From contig CAWDML010000008.1 in assembly GCA_963803435.1 (NCBI GenBank), forward strand, positions 640,001 to 704,000: a DNA stretch of 64,000 nt, given 5' to 3'. This document shows, one piece after another, positions 39,367 through 48,866 of this stretch. The notes under the pieces are model-generated. The model saw only the letters and a program-made list of their open reading frames with translations, made no database searches and was not told the origin of the DNA. This DNA comes from an uncultured delta proteobacterium. Its GTDB lineage: Bacteria; Myxococcota; Kuafuiibacteriia; Kuafuiibacteriales; Kuafuiibacteriaceae. The translations under genes were made by a program, and so were the position numbers. The number at the start of each line of letters is the position of its first letter. The stretch's first letter is position 1.

Positions 39367-42054
39367 ATGCGATTCGTCCCTCGATGCACGCCTCGGTTCC
39401 TGGCTCGTGAGGTCGACCTCGACCGTTTCCTCCAGCTCGTACGCGAAGGCGCTTCCCTGATCACGGTGACGGGCCCCGCCGGGGTCGGCAAGTCGACCTT
39501 GCTCAGCCACGCGCTGCTCGACGTCGGAGAGGACGTCGACCGGTTGGTCCTCTCCTGCGCGCTGGGCAGCGCGAAGACGGCCCCCGACTTCCTCAGAGCG
39601 GTCTGGTCTCAGCTCGTCCCGGCCGATTCGGCGCCGGTCGTCGAGGACGGGCTCCTCGACGCGCTGGACGCACGCCCCACCATGCTCGTCCTCGACGACT
39701 TCGAGCACCTGGTTCCCGCTGCCGTCCCGCAGGTTCAACGATGGGTTCGAGAGTGTTCGGAGCTACAGATCGTGGTGACGTCGCGCCGGCGCCTCGGCCT
39801 CACCGAGGAGCGACTGGTCGATCTCGCGCCGCTCGAGGTGCCGTCGTCGGATGAGGATCGACGTGCGGGCCCGGCCATGGCGCTCTTTCTCCGGTGCCTT
39901 GCCGATCTCGATCCTCGCCTGGCGGAGCGAGCCACGGCGGATCCGATGACTCCGGCGCTGGTCCGTGCGCTCGGCGGTCTACCTCTCGCGATCGAGCTGG
40001 CGGCCGCGAAGTGCCGGACCTTCTCTCCGACCGCGCTGCACGATCGGATGGCGGATCTGTTGAATCTGTTGAGCGCGGGCGCGGCGGGATCGACGACCTC
40101 CGTCCGAAACTGTCTCGACGCCTCCTGGCGAAACCTCAGCGAAGAAGCCCGGCGGACGCTGGCGCAGATCTCGCTGTTCCAGGGGCCGTTCTCGCTCGAC
40201 GACGCGATGGCGGTGGTCGATCTGTCCCACCCGGAAGCGGTGTTGCCCGCCCTCGAGTCTCTCCGGGACGGCTCGTTCATTCAGGTCGACGACGGGGGAG
40301 CGCTCCGGCTCTTGCTCCTCGTTCGCCAGTTCGCCTCCGACGCCCTGGGCCCGAGCGATGCAGAGGCCGCTCGAACGCGCCACCTTCGCTGGGCCGCTCG
40401 CCTCGCCGCCGACGCCGAGCGGCGCCTTCACCAGCGCGACGCGTCGAGCGCGTTCGCCGAGCTCGAACGGGCCGAGGCGGACCTGCTCACAGCCTTGGCG
40501 TTCGGCGTGCAGCGAGAGAGCCCCGCAGAGCGCAGTGACGCGCTGGCCATCGCGATGACGCTGTCCGTACGCGCCGACCTGGCGGGCAGCGTGGGCGTCC
40601 CGAGCGAGCTCGAGGAGCTGCTCACGACCGACCCCGTGATGAGGGCGGCGCACCCCGCGCGATGCGCCGAGGTGAAGATCCGGCGGGGCTTCGCACGCCT
40701 CCGTCGGGGCCGGCTCGAGGAGGCGCGGGACGAGCTCGTCGCTGCGCGCGCGATGCTCGCAAAGGGGGACGATGCGATCGATCCGGTCATGGCCACCGTC
40801 CTCGACGCCGAGATCCGCCTCGCCGAGCGGAACGAGGTGGAGGCGATCGCGATGCTCGAGGCGAGCGCAGAGCGATGGCGAGCCGCAGGGGACGGCTGGG
40901 CCGAGGCGCGGACGCGAGAGGCGTTGATCGATGCACACCGTCAGGTCGGCCGACCGGAGCTGGGTCTTCGGCAAGGAGAGCTGGCGCTGGCGCTCCTCGG
41001 CCCCGACGACCACCTCCTTCACGCGCCGGTGTTGACCGGCCTCGCCTTCGCTGCGCTCGAGATGGGGCTGACCGAGCAGGCGCGCGCCTACGTCCGGCGC
41101 GGGATGGAGGTCCTGGATCGGGCCTCCGTGCGAAGACCCAGGACCGAGGGCGGGCTCGAGCTCGCCCGCGCGCGAGCGCTTCACCTGGGCCGAGAGACGC
41201 GCGCGGCGATCGAAGGCTACGAAAGGGCGCGCGGCATCGCGCTCTCGGGGGGCGACACGGAGCTCGCGGCCTACGCCGAGCTCTCGCTCGGGCTCGCCCT
41301 CGTCGAGCATCAGCGCGGGGTCGAAGCGTGCGAGTGGTTCCATCGAGCCGAGGCCCGCCTGGATCCTTGGCGGCCCTACGCGCTCATCGGAGCGATGATC
41401 TCGACCGCGGTCGAAGCGGGGCTCGGGCTCCTCGAATCAGCGCGAGCGCGCCAGGCGACCTGGATGGACGCCCTCGCCCGAGCCCCCGCCGGACCTTTCG
41501 CCGCCATTGGTCGCGGCTGCGCCGAGGTGGTGCGCATCCTCGGAGCCCGGTCGAGCGACGTGGCGCGCTTCGCGCTTCGCTTGCCCCTGGGCGAAGGCGC
41601 TTCGCCGGAGACTCCTGCGCTCCTGACGGAGCTGGACGGGCAGATTGGCGGACTCTTGATCGAGGCACGGGTGACGGCGGCGCTGATCCGGTCCGCCGAG
41701 ACGAGTACGAGCGCGTCGCCGGAGCCGCCGGGTCGAGAGATGGCGGTCGCCACGGATGGCGCGTGGTTTCGATGCCCCGATGGAAAGCTCGTGTCCTGCG
41801 GCCGGCGTCCGGTGATGCGAAGGGTCGTAGTGGCGCTCGCCCGACTCCGCGCGGAGGCGCCGGGAGCGTCGTTGTCCCCCGATGACGTCATCCGAGAGGG
41901 TTGGCCGGGAGAAAAGATGCTCGAGGCTTCCGCGCGTCGACGTCTTCAGGTGATGGTCTCACGCCTCCGCGAGATGGGCCTTCGGGAGGTCCTGGAGACC
42001 ACGGACCTCGGCTACCGGATCGACCCCACCTGCCGGGTCCATTTTCGAGGGTAG
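39367..42054 (+). CDS. STAND (NB-ARC-like) ATPase with TPR region and C-terminal winged-helix
   Basis: Walker A GPAGVGKST, Walker B LVLDDFEHL, VTSR, GGLPLAIELAAA; C-terminal WPGEKM...RLQVMVSRLR..G.....GYRI. Confidence 0.88.
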   Translation: MRFVPRCTPRFLAREVDLDRFLQLVREGASLITVTGPAGVGKSTLLSHALLDVGEDVDRLVLSCALGSAKTAPDFLRAVWSQLVPADSAPVVEDGLLDALDARPTMLVLDDFEHLVPAAVPQVQRWVRECSELQIVVTSRRRLGLTEERLVDLAPLEVPSSDEDRRAGPAMALFLRCLADLDPRLAERATADPMTPALVRALGGLPLAIELAAAKCRTFSPTALHDRMADLLNLLSAGAAGSTTSVRNCLDASWRNLSEEARRTLAQISLFQGPFSLDDAMAVVDLSHPEAVLPALESLRDGSFIQVDDGGALRLLLLVRQFASDALGPSDAEAARTRHLRWAARLAADAERRLHQRDASSAFAELERAEADLLTALAFGVQRESPAERSDALAIAMTLSVRADLAGSVGVPSELEELLTTDPVMRAAHPARCAEVKIRRGFARLRRGRLEEARDELVAARAMLAKGDDAIDPVMATVLDAEIRLAERNEVEAIAMLEASAERWRAAGDGWAEARTREALIDAHRQVGRPELGLRQGELALALLGPDDHLLHAPVLTGLAFAALEMGLTEQARAYVRRGMEVLDRASVRRPRTEGGLELARARALHLGRETRAAIEGYERARGIALSGGDTELAAYAELSLGLALVEHQRGVEACEWFHRAEARLDPWRPYALIGAMISTAVEAGLGLLESARARQATWMDALARAPAGPFAAIGRGCAEVVRILGARSSDVARFALRLPLGEGASPETPALLTELDGQIGGLLIEARVTAALIRSAETSTSASPEPPGREMAVATDGAWFRCPDGKLVSCGRRPVMRRVVVALARLRAEAPGASLSPDDVIREGWPGEKMLEASARRRLQVMVSRLREMGLREVLETTDLGYRIDPTCRVHFRG

Positions 42055-42865
42055 TCCGAGGCCGGGACCTCCGTCGAAGAGAGAGGGCACGATCATGCGG
42101 CGCCTGGTCCTCGATCATCATCTGATGCGTGTCGGCCATCGCCTGCTGGCTCACTTGGAAGAGCTTGCTGGACGGGTGATCGAGCTCGACGATCAGCATC
42201 ACCACGCTCGAGATCGCGAGGACGAGCGTCATCGTCCCGGCCAGCAAGCGGGAGAGACCGAGACCAGAGACGTATCCCAGCACTAGGAGCCCCAGCATCG
42301 ACACCGCGTAGAGGGTCACCAGGATCGGCAGCGGGAGACGCTGGTAGAACCCGACCGTCACGCGCGACTCGTGAAGATCGATCATGTGGTTCAACGCGTC
42401 CTCGAACAGCGCGACGATCGGTGACTCTGGGGCCTTCTCGGCGAGGGCGGCCATCTCCGTCCACATCCTTTTTTGGAGCTTCGGCGACTCGAGCAGGGCC
42501 TCCTGCAGCGCCTCGGGGTCCTTGGGCGCGAGCCGGAGGTCCGCGTACTCGGTGAGGAGCCTCCGAACGCGCGCTCCGTAAGGCTCCGGGATCGTCTTCG
42601 CGCGGAGGAAGGCTGTACCGATGGCGTTCGCGTCCTCCAGCACCAGCGCCTTGCGGTCGGAGAACCGCGCCTCGACGATGCCAAAGCTGAAGGCGAGCAG
42701 CAGGCCGAGCAACCCGAGGATGGCACCGACCAACACGCTGGCGGTTGCTTTTTGATCCGCGTTCGCCTTCTCGGCGGATCTGCGGCCAAACCGATATCCG
42801 ATCTCGTTGATGAGCATCAAGATGAGGATCGTGACGATGAGGACCCAAGGCCAATCTGCCTTCAT
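41888..42865 (-). CDS. DUF4239 / bestrophin-like membrane protein
   Basis: GAILGLLGLLLAFSF...EDANAIGTAFLR...LNHMID...IVELDHP. The true 3' end is probably near 42090; the ORF tail overlaps the STAND gene. Confidence 0.8.
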   Translation of the reverse strand: MKADWPWVLIVTILILMLINEIGYRFGRRSAEKANADQKATASVLVGAILGLLGLLLAFSFGIVEARFSDRKALVLEDANAIGTAFLRAKTIPEPYGARVRRLLTEYADLRLAPKDPEALQEALLESPKLQKRMWTEMAALAEKAPESPIVALFEDALNHMIDLHESRVTVGFYQRLPLPILVTLYAVSMLGLLVLGYVSGLGLSRLLAGTMTLVLAISSVVMLIVELDHPSSKLFQVSQQAMADTHQMMIEDQAPHDRALSLRRRSRPRTTLENGPGRWGRSGSRGPWSPGPPEGPSRGGVRPSPEDVDARKPRASFLPANPLG

Positions 42866-43035
42866 CAGTGCCTCCCCGGCGGTGCTTCGATGAACATGGT
42901 GTCCACCTCCTCGCCTGTCCGCTTGCACAGGAGGTGCCGCAGCTTGCGCAGAGATGACGCTCATCGGTCGGCCGCGCTCGCGCTCAGAACGATGATCTCG
43001 TGCTCGGACGGGGACGGGAGTGGACGGGCCCTGTG

Positions 43036-44373
43036 TCAGTAGGCGTGGCTCGGCAGCCTCCTCGGCGCGACGCTTCCCAGCCGGCGTGGATCCCGCGTCT
43101 CGACATGCCGTTCGTGGCGGATCCCGTGGAGCTCGCGATACGCGGCGAACTGCGGCTCGACGGCTCGCGGGTCCAGCCCGAAGTCGCGAAGCTCGTACCG
43201 GTGCTTGCCGTGCTTGTTCTGCGGATTCGCCGCGAGCGCTCTCACCATGGACGTCGAAGCCTCCTCGCTGAGCGTGCGCCGGATCCGGCGGTAAATCTCG
43301 ACGACCTCCGTCATCGGATCGGCCACCAGGTCGTAGTAGGAGACGTCGACGAACGCCGCAGCACCGTGGCGCGCGCGCGTCGCGGTCGCGCGATCGACCA
43401 TGCGCTGCGTCTTCCGAGCCCACTGCTCTCCGATCTCCGCGGGCTCGACCCGGTCGCTGAACACGCCGCGCGCGTGCGCGATCATGCTGCAGAAGGAGGC
43501 GACGCACTGGAGGGGATCGCGGTGCGTCTGGATGATCGTCGCGTCCGGGAAGATCGCGAGGAGCGTGTCGAGCCACTCCAGGTGGTGCGGTGTTTTCAGG
43601 ATCCAGCGCTCCTTCGCGTGTTGCCACTCAAGCAGCTGGAGCATCTTCCGCAGGTAGGCATACGCGGGGGTTTGGTCCTGCTTCTCCAGCCAGGCGGCAT
43701 ACGTGGGCACGCGGAGCGTCGCCACCGCCACGGTGCTGAGGAACGAGTGGTCGAGGAGAACGACCTCTTCATCCGGCGCCTCCGCCTCGACGGAGTGTAC
43801 GGCGCAGAAGTCGGGCGCCATGTAGTGGAGCCCCCGCGCTTCGAAGGCCGCGCGGCCGATGCGCGGATCGCGTCCCGCGAACCAGGAGTGCGCGGGTGGC
43901 ACCGGCCTCAGCGCTTCCCAGGAGAGCAGCGCGCGCAGTCCGGGATCGGCGGCGAGCAGGCGATGAAGCATTGTCGTCCCCGCGCGCTGGAGTCCGACGA
44001 TGAAGACCGGCGCGACGATCGGCTGCTCCAGGATCTCGGGATGGCGCTCGAACATCGCCTCTGCACCGAGGCGATTCGAGAGCGCCCCCACCAGCCCGCG
44101 CCGCACCATCGCCGCGCCGACGGGGCTCAGCGCCGCCTCGCGGTCGATCGAATCGACCAGCACGCCGAGAGGCTCGCGGAAGGACTCGTCGCCGAAGCGC
44201 ACCAGGCCGGTCCGGGAGCGAGCCTCGGCGATCAGCGACTCGACGGTGAGCGTGCGAGCGCCGACCCGCATGCGCGAGAGGGCGCGCCCCACGGCGTTCG
44301 CGGCGGCGAGCGGCCATGGCCGATGCGGCCGCGTGTAGTCGACCGAGGTCACGCGATCCGTCGCCTTGGTCAT
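43036..44373 (-). CDS. Sulfotransferase family protein
   Basis: PVFIVGLQRAGTTMLH, WILKTPHH, IQTHRDP...ASFCS, HGKHRY. Confidence 0.9.
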   Translation of the reverse strand: MTKATDRVTSVDYTRPHRPWPLAAANAVGRALSRMRVGARTLTVESLIAEARSRTGLVRFGDESFREPLGVLVDSIDREAALSPVGAAMVRRGLVGALSNRLGAEAMFERHPEILEQPIVAPVFIVGLQRAGTTMLHRLLAADPGLRALLSWEALRPVPPAHSWFAGRDPRIGRAAFEARGLHYMAPDFCAVHSVEAEAPDEEVVLLDHSFLSTVAVATLRVPTYAAWLEKQDQTPAYAYLRKMLQLLEWQHAKERWILKTPHHLEWLDTLLAIFPDATIIQTHRDPLQCVASFCSMIAHARGVFSDRVEPAEIGEQWARKTQRMVDRATATRARHGAAAFVDVSYYDLVADPMTEVVEIYRRIRRTLSEEASTSMVRALAANPQNKHGKHRYELRDFGLDPRAVEPQFAAYRELHGIRHERHVETRDPRRLGSVAPRRLPSHAY

Positions 44374-44682
44374 GGACCTCGGGGTTGTGAACCGCGCGAG
44401 CTCCCGAGTTCGGTGGTGGTCGCTGATCATGCCGTGCGCCACTCCACGCTTCGCGCCAACCCAGGGAGGATTCGAGATTTCGGAGAACGACTCCGGCGCT
44501 CTGTCACCTCGGGCCCTCACACCGGGCTACGAGGGACTCAGCGGCGGCCGGCGACCGCGCGGGTTATCGCTCGCCTTGGAGCGGTCGCTGTGTACTGAGG
44601 ATCCGGCGCGTCTCCTCGGCGGATTGTCGCGGCCCGTGGATCCCGCTCGACGAGCGACCGATCACTCGCCTATCGGATCGGC

Positions 44683-45159
44683 ATGAAGATCGACCTATCC
44701 GCCGTCCCCGTCCGATCCGGGACGGGCTACCCGAAGCGCTTTCACCATGTCCGGGGCGACATCGCGGCTCGGTCCTGGCAGGCGGTCGGCGACGCGGCCG
44801 GACTCACCATGTTCGGCGTGAACCGGTGCGTCCTTCCGCCGGGCGCGGTCTCGTCGCTGCGCCACTGGCACACGCGCGAGGACGAGCTGGTGGTCGTCCT
44901 CGAGGGTGAGCTCGTGATGGTGACCGACGAAGGCGAGACCATCATGCGTGCCGGCGACATCGCGGGCTTTCCGAAGGGCCACGAGGACGGGCACTGCTTC
45001 GTCAACCGCTCCGACCGGGCCGCGACCTTCCTGGCCATCGGCAATCGATCGCCCGACGACGAGTGCTTCTACTCGGACGTCAATCTCCGCGCCGAGTCGG
45101 AGCGGCAGGGCGGGCGCTACGTGTCGAGGAGCGGTGTGCCGTACGACGATTGTCCTTGA
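44683..45159 (+). CDS. Cupin-domain protein
   Basis: SSLRHWHTREDE...LEGE...GD..GFP.G...GH. Confidence 0.9.
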   Translation: MKIDLSAVPVRSGTGYPKRFHHVRGDIAARSWQAVGDAAGLTMFGVNRCVLPPGAVSSLRHWHTREDELVVVLEGELVMVTDEGETIMRAGDIAGFPKGHEDGHCFVNRSDRAATFLAIGNRSPDDECFYSDVNLRAESERQGGRYVSRSGVPYDDCP

Positions 45160-45340
45160 GCGGAGCGGCCCGAGCTGATCCCCGCGTGCGTCGCCCTGTA
45201 TTGCCTCGAGAGCGGCCGGCGGCTGCTGAACAAGCTCTGGAACGCGAGCTCGAAGCGGCGAGCGCGCTCGAGGTCGAGACCGTGGTCGGAGACGACAGGG
45301 GCTCGAGCGATAGCGCCTGAGCAGCGCGGGGCCGGGACGA

Positions 45341-46285
45341 TCAGCTGCCCGCGAGGGTTCGAATCAGCTCTTCATACGGGGCGACGCTCTCCGGATCGTA
45401 GCGCATTCCTGCGAGCAACGATGCCAGCGCCATGAGTTTCGGGGCGGTCAGGGCGGGGAGTGCGCTCATCAATCCGATGAAGCCGGCGTATGCATGGGCC
45501 TCATTCCAGACCGCGGCGCGAGGCAGGTGCCTCGAGAGGACGAGGAGCTGCACGGACAGGTTCTCCAGGCCGGTCAGGTAGGCCGTCGACAGGTCGGCCG
45601 ATCCGGGCGCGAGAGACGCGGGAGGGGCGCGCGTCTCGAATCTGGCCTCCGACGCGAAGCGCTCGAAGAGGCGCCGCTTGGCTGCGAGGGCGAGCTCGTG
45701 CGGCGTCGTTCCCCGGAGCGCGAGCGAGCGGGTGGTCTTGGCCTGAAGATCGTGCACTGTGAGGGTCGCGGTCGAGTCGCCCCTGACCAGGCCGGTGACG
45801 GCAAAGCGACGATCGGCCGGACAGAGCTCGACCAGCTGGTCGCCGCTGGGCGCCTCGCGCCAGCGCACCAGGCCTCGATCGGGGACGACCGGCACCACCG
45901 TCACTGGCTGGGCCGTACTCTCCAGTCGAAACGCCTCCGCAAGGTAGAGCGGCACGCCTCGAACGAGGGCTCCCGGAGCTGTCTCGGTCTGTTCTGCAGC
46001 CCAGGCAAAGAACGCGATGGTCGGCCCATCGCCTGCGTTGGGCAGGGCGGGTGCTCGCGCACCGAGCCCTTGGCCCCAGAGCGGCGCGGCGATCGCGATG
46101 CCGATGGCTTCCTCGACCGCGCCGCCGTCCTCCACCAGGCCCTCTGCAGCAGCCCGGTTTCGAATCTCTTCGATGGCGGCGGCGAAGCGACCGGCTTCGA
46201 GGGGTGCCAGCGCTTCCAAGAGTGGGTGCATGCGGTCGATCGCTTTTCCAAGGGCGTACGAACGGGCCACCGCGAGCCCGACCAC
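45341..46285 (-). CDS. Hypothetical protein, probably 5'-truncated or degraded
   Basis: Coding-like ORF; the frame extends to a TAG near 46383 without a clear start; lower GC3 than neighbours. Confidence 0.5.
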   Translation of the reverse strand: MVGLAVARSYALGKAIDRMHPLLEALAPLEAGRFAAAIEEIRNRAAAEGLVEDGGAVEEAIGIAIAAPLWGQGLGARAPALPNAGDGPTIAFFAWAAEQTETAPGALVRGVPLYLAEAFRLESTAQPVTVVPVVPDRGLVRWREAPSGDQLVELCPADRRFAVTGLVRGDSTATLTVHDLQAKTTRSLALRGTTPHELALAAKRRLFERFASEARFETRAPPASLAPGSADLSTAYLTGLENLSVQLLVLSRHLPRAAVWNEAHAYAGFIGLMSALPALTAPKLMALASLLAGMRYDPESVAPYEELIRTLAGS

Positions 46286-46688
46286 CGGCCCATGGCGCGT
46301 CAGGTCGAAGTGATCGCCGACGAGCTCGGCGACGTGACGGTCGAACCCGCGATCGATCTCGCTCGACGTTCCGGATCTGGTCTACATCGCGCAGGGCAAT
46401 CACAGCGAGGATGCGGAGCGGCTCGGGCTCGTTCTCGGAGCGCGCCGGCCCTGCTCGCCGGGCGTTTTCGAGCTGAAGGCGATCCCAACAAGGTCTATCG
46501 GCGTTTCATCGCCATCGTGCAGTCCAGGGCACGGATCTTCTTCGCACCGTCGCCGGCGTCACAGCCCCGCAGGCGGATGTCACGCCCGGGCGCGGATACA
46601 GCGTGCGCGCGATCGTGGCGCGCCGGTCGACACCGACGTTCGGAGGATGCGACGCGACGTGCGCCGCCGTGCGATGCATGACGCCGTC

Positions 46689-48410
46689 ATGCATCGCGTG
46701 CTCCTCGCCGCCCTCTCGATCACGGCCTGCAGCCTCGAAGCGCCGCCGGCCGGCGTGGCGCCCGTCGACGCCGGCGTCTCACCGCCAGCGACGGATGCGG
46801 GCATGGTCGCGAGCCCCGATGCGGGCACGGTTGGACCCGAGGCTTGCAGCGTGAAGACGGCGCCCGATCCGATGACCGTCGCCATGCGCCGCGGGCTGGT
46901 GCGCGGCACCGCCGAGGGCGGTACCGTGCGCTTCGCCGGCATCCCGTACGCGGCCGCCCCGGCTGGCGAGCTTCGCTTCCGCGCACCAGAGCCTCGCGCG
47001 TGCTGGGACGGAGTGATGGACGCAGGCACCTACGGGAACATCTGCCCGCAGCCGGGGCTCGCGGGCGGCGTCACCGGAGACGAGGACTGCCTCAGCCTCA
47101 ACGTCTGGACGCCCGCCGGAGCGCTCCGCACGAAGGCGAAGGCCCCCGTGGTGTTCTGGATCCACGGCGGGGCGAACATTCTCGGCTCGTCCGCTCAGGA
47201 GACCGCCGGCATCGCGTTCTACGACGGACGCACGTTCGCAGAGACCCAGCACGTGGTGGTGGTCTCGGCGAACTATCGCCTGGGTGCGCTCGGGTTCCTC
47301 GTCGATCCCGCGCTGGCGGCCGAGAACGATCGAGGCGCCTCCGGGAACTACGCGATCCTCGATCTGATCGCGGCGCTCCAGTGGGTGCAGGACAACATCG
47401 AGGGGTTCGGGGGCGATCCGGCGCGCGTGATGGTGTTCGGGGAGTCGGCCGGGGCGTTCAACACCTGCGTGCTGCTCGGCTCCCCGCTCGCGAGCGGTCT
47501 GTTCGCCACGGCGCTGATGGAGAGCGGCGTCTGCCGCCAGCCTTCCGCCTCGTGGTACGAACCGATCCATCGCCAGGTGGTGGACGCGCTGGGCTGCACG
47601 AACGCGTCCGACGTCGCGGCCTGCCTGCGCCAGGTCGACGCCGACGAGCTGGTCGCCGTGGGCGCGCCCGGATTCGCGAACGTCCTCGACTTGGTGGCCG
47701 CCGCGACGAATCCCGTCGCGGTCGATCCCGACAATCCGAGCGCGCTCCCGTTCGCAGCCAACGTCGACGGCTGGGTGCTGCCCGTGGCGAGCATCGAAGC
47801 GATGGCGGCCGGCATTCACAACGACGTCCCGTTCGTGATCGGCTCCAACGCCAACGAGCACGACCTGTTCGTCCCGCTCACTACCGTCGTCACCTGCAGC
47901 GAGTACGAGGGCTACCTGAACACGATGTTCCCCGGATTCGCCGCCGAGGTGATCGCGCGCTACCCGTGCGCTAGCTTCCTCACCGGCCGTCTCGCCTACG
48001 CGCAGGTCCAGACCGACATGTTCTTTACCTGCGCCACGCGCGCCGCCGCCCGCGCGGCCAGGAGTGGCTCTGCCAGCCCGGTGTTTCGGTACTACTACAC
48101 CCACACGCGCACGCTGGGGGGGCTCGCCGCCCTGCGCGCGGCCCACTCGCTCGAGATCCCCTTCGTCTTCGGGTCCGTCGGCACGAACGGCGACATCGCG
48201 ACGCCCTCGGAGATGCGGCTCTCCGACTCGATGATGTCGTTCTGGGCGAGCCTCGCCACCCGCGGCGATCCGAACTCGCCGGGAGGAAGCGCCTGGTTTC
48301 CGTACGAGATCGAGCGCGACAACGCGATCGTGTTCGACGATACGCTCACGTCGATCGAAGCGATCGAGGCGGACAAGTGCGACTTCTGGGACTCGAAGCT
48401 GCACTACTGA
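46689..48410 (+). CDS. Type-B carboxylesterase lipoprotein
   Basis: ITAC lipobox; GIPYAAAP, EDCLSLNVW, WIHGG, NYRLG, FGESAG, HSLEIPFVF. Confidence 0.93.
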   Translation: MHRVLLAALSITACSLEAPPAGVAPVDAGVSPPATDAGMVASPDAGTVGPEACSVKTAPDPMTVAMRRGLVRGTAEGGTVRFAGIPYAAAPAGELRFRAPEPRACWDGVMDAGTYGNICPQPGLAGGVTGDEDCLSLNVWTPAGALRTKAKAPVVFWIHGGANILGSSAQETAGIAFYDGRTFAETQHVVVVSANYRLGALGFLVDPALAAENDRGASGNYAILDLIAALQWVQDNIEGFGGDPARVMVFGESAGAFNTCVLLGSPLASGLFATALMESGVCRQPSASWYEPIHRQVVDALGCTNASDVAACLRQVDADELVAVGAPGFANVLDLVAAATNPVAVDPDNPSALPFAANVDGWVLPVASIEAMAAGIHNDVPFVIGSNANEHDLFVPLTTVVTCSEYEGYLNTMFPGFAAEVIARYPCASFLTGRLAYAQVQTDMFFTCATRAAARAARSGSASPVFRYYYTHTRTLGGLAALRAAHSLEIPFVFGSVGTNGDIATPSEMRLSDSMMSFWASLATRGDPNSPGGSAWFPYEIERDNAIVFDDTLTSIEAIEADKCDFWDSKLHY

Positions 48411-48432
48411 CGCGATCGAGCCCAAGATCGAG

Positions 48433-48864
48433 TCACGCGCCGAAGAGACAGCGCCACACCGACGCAGCGGGATCGTGTCGGATCCACGCCGCCGCCTCTT
48501 CGAGCTCGGGCGCTCGCAGTACCCGCACGCCGTGTTCGGCCAGCACGTCCTCGATCGTGCCCACGAGGTCGTGCGTGGGGTCATCGCGGGTGGGTTCCGC
48601 ACCGCGATCGATCGCGGCGTACGGTCCGAGATACGAGAGGTGGAGCCGCACGCGATCGTCCAGCACGATCTCCTCGGAGATCCGATAGTCGCTCTGGGTC
48701 CCCGGCTTCTGGCGGAGACCGGCGCGCTCCAGGTCGCGGAGGATCGCCTTCAGGATCCGGTTGTCGGGGTCGTACTCCCAGCGAATGGCGCGATCGCCGA
48801 GCGGGCTCTCGAGCGTCCGCCGCGGGTAGTAGTTCACGATGATGCGCTCGAGCTCGCCGTCCAT
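48433..48864 (-). CDS. Small hypothetical protein, paralog of 56113..56559 (immunity-like)
   Basis: ATG 2 nt after the upstream stop; shares YPRR, YDP, KAI.RDLE, PGT, SEE, LSYLGP.AA.D, ELEE...WIR and VW.CLF with 56113..56559. Confidence 0.82.
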   Translation of the reverse strand: MDGELERIIVNYYPRRTLESPLGDRAIRWEYDPDNRILKAILRDLERAGLRQKPGTQSDYRISEEIVLDDRVRLHLSYLGPYAAIDRGAEPTRDDPTHDLVGTIEDVLAEHGVRVLRAPELEEAAAWIRHDPAASVWRCLFGA

Positions 48865-48866
48865 GA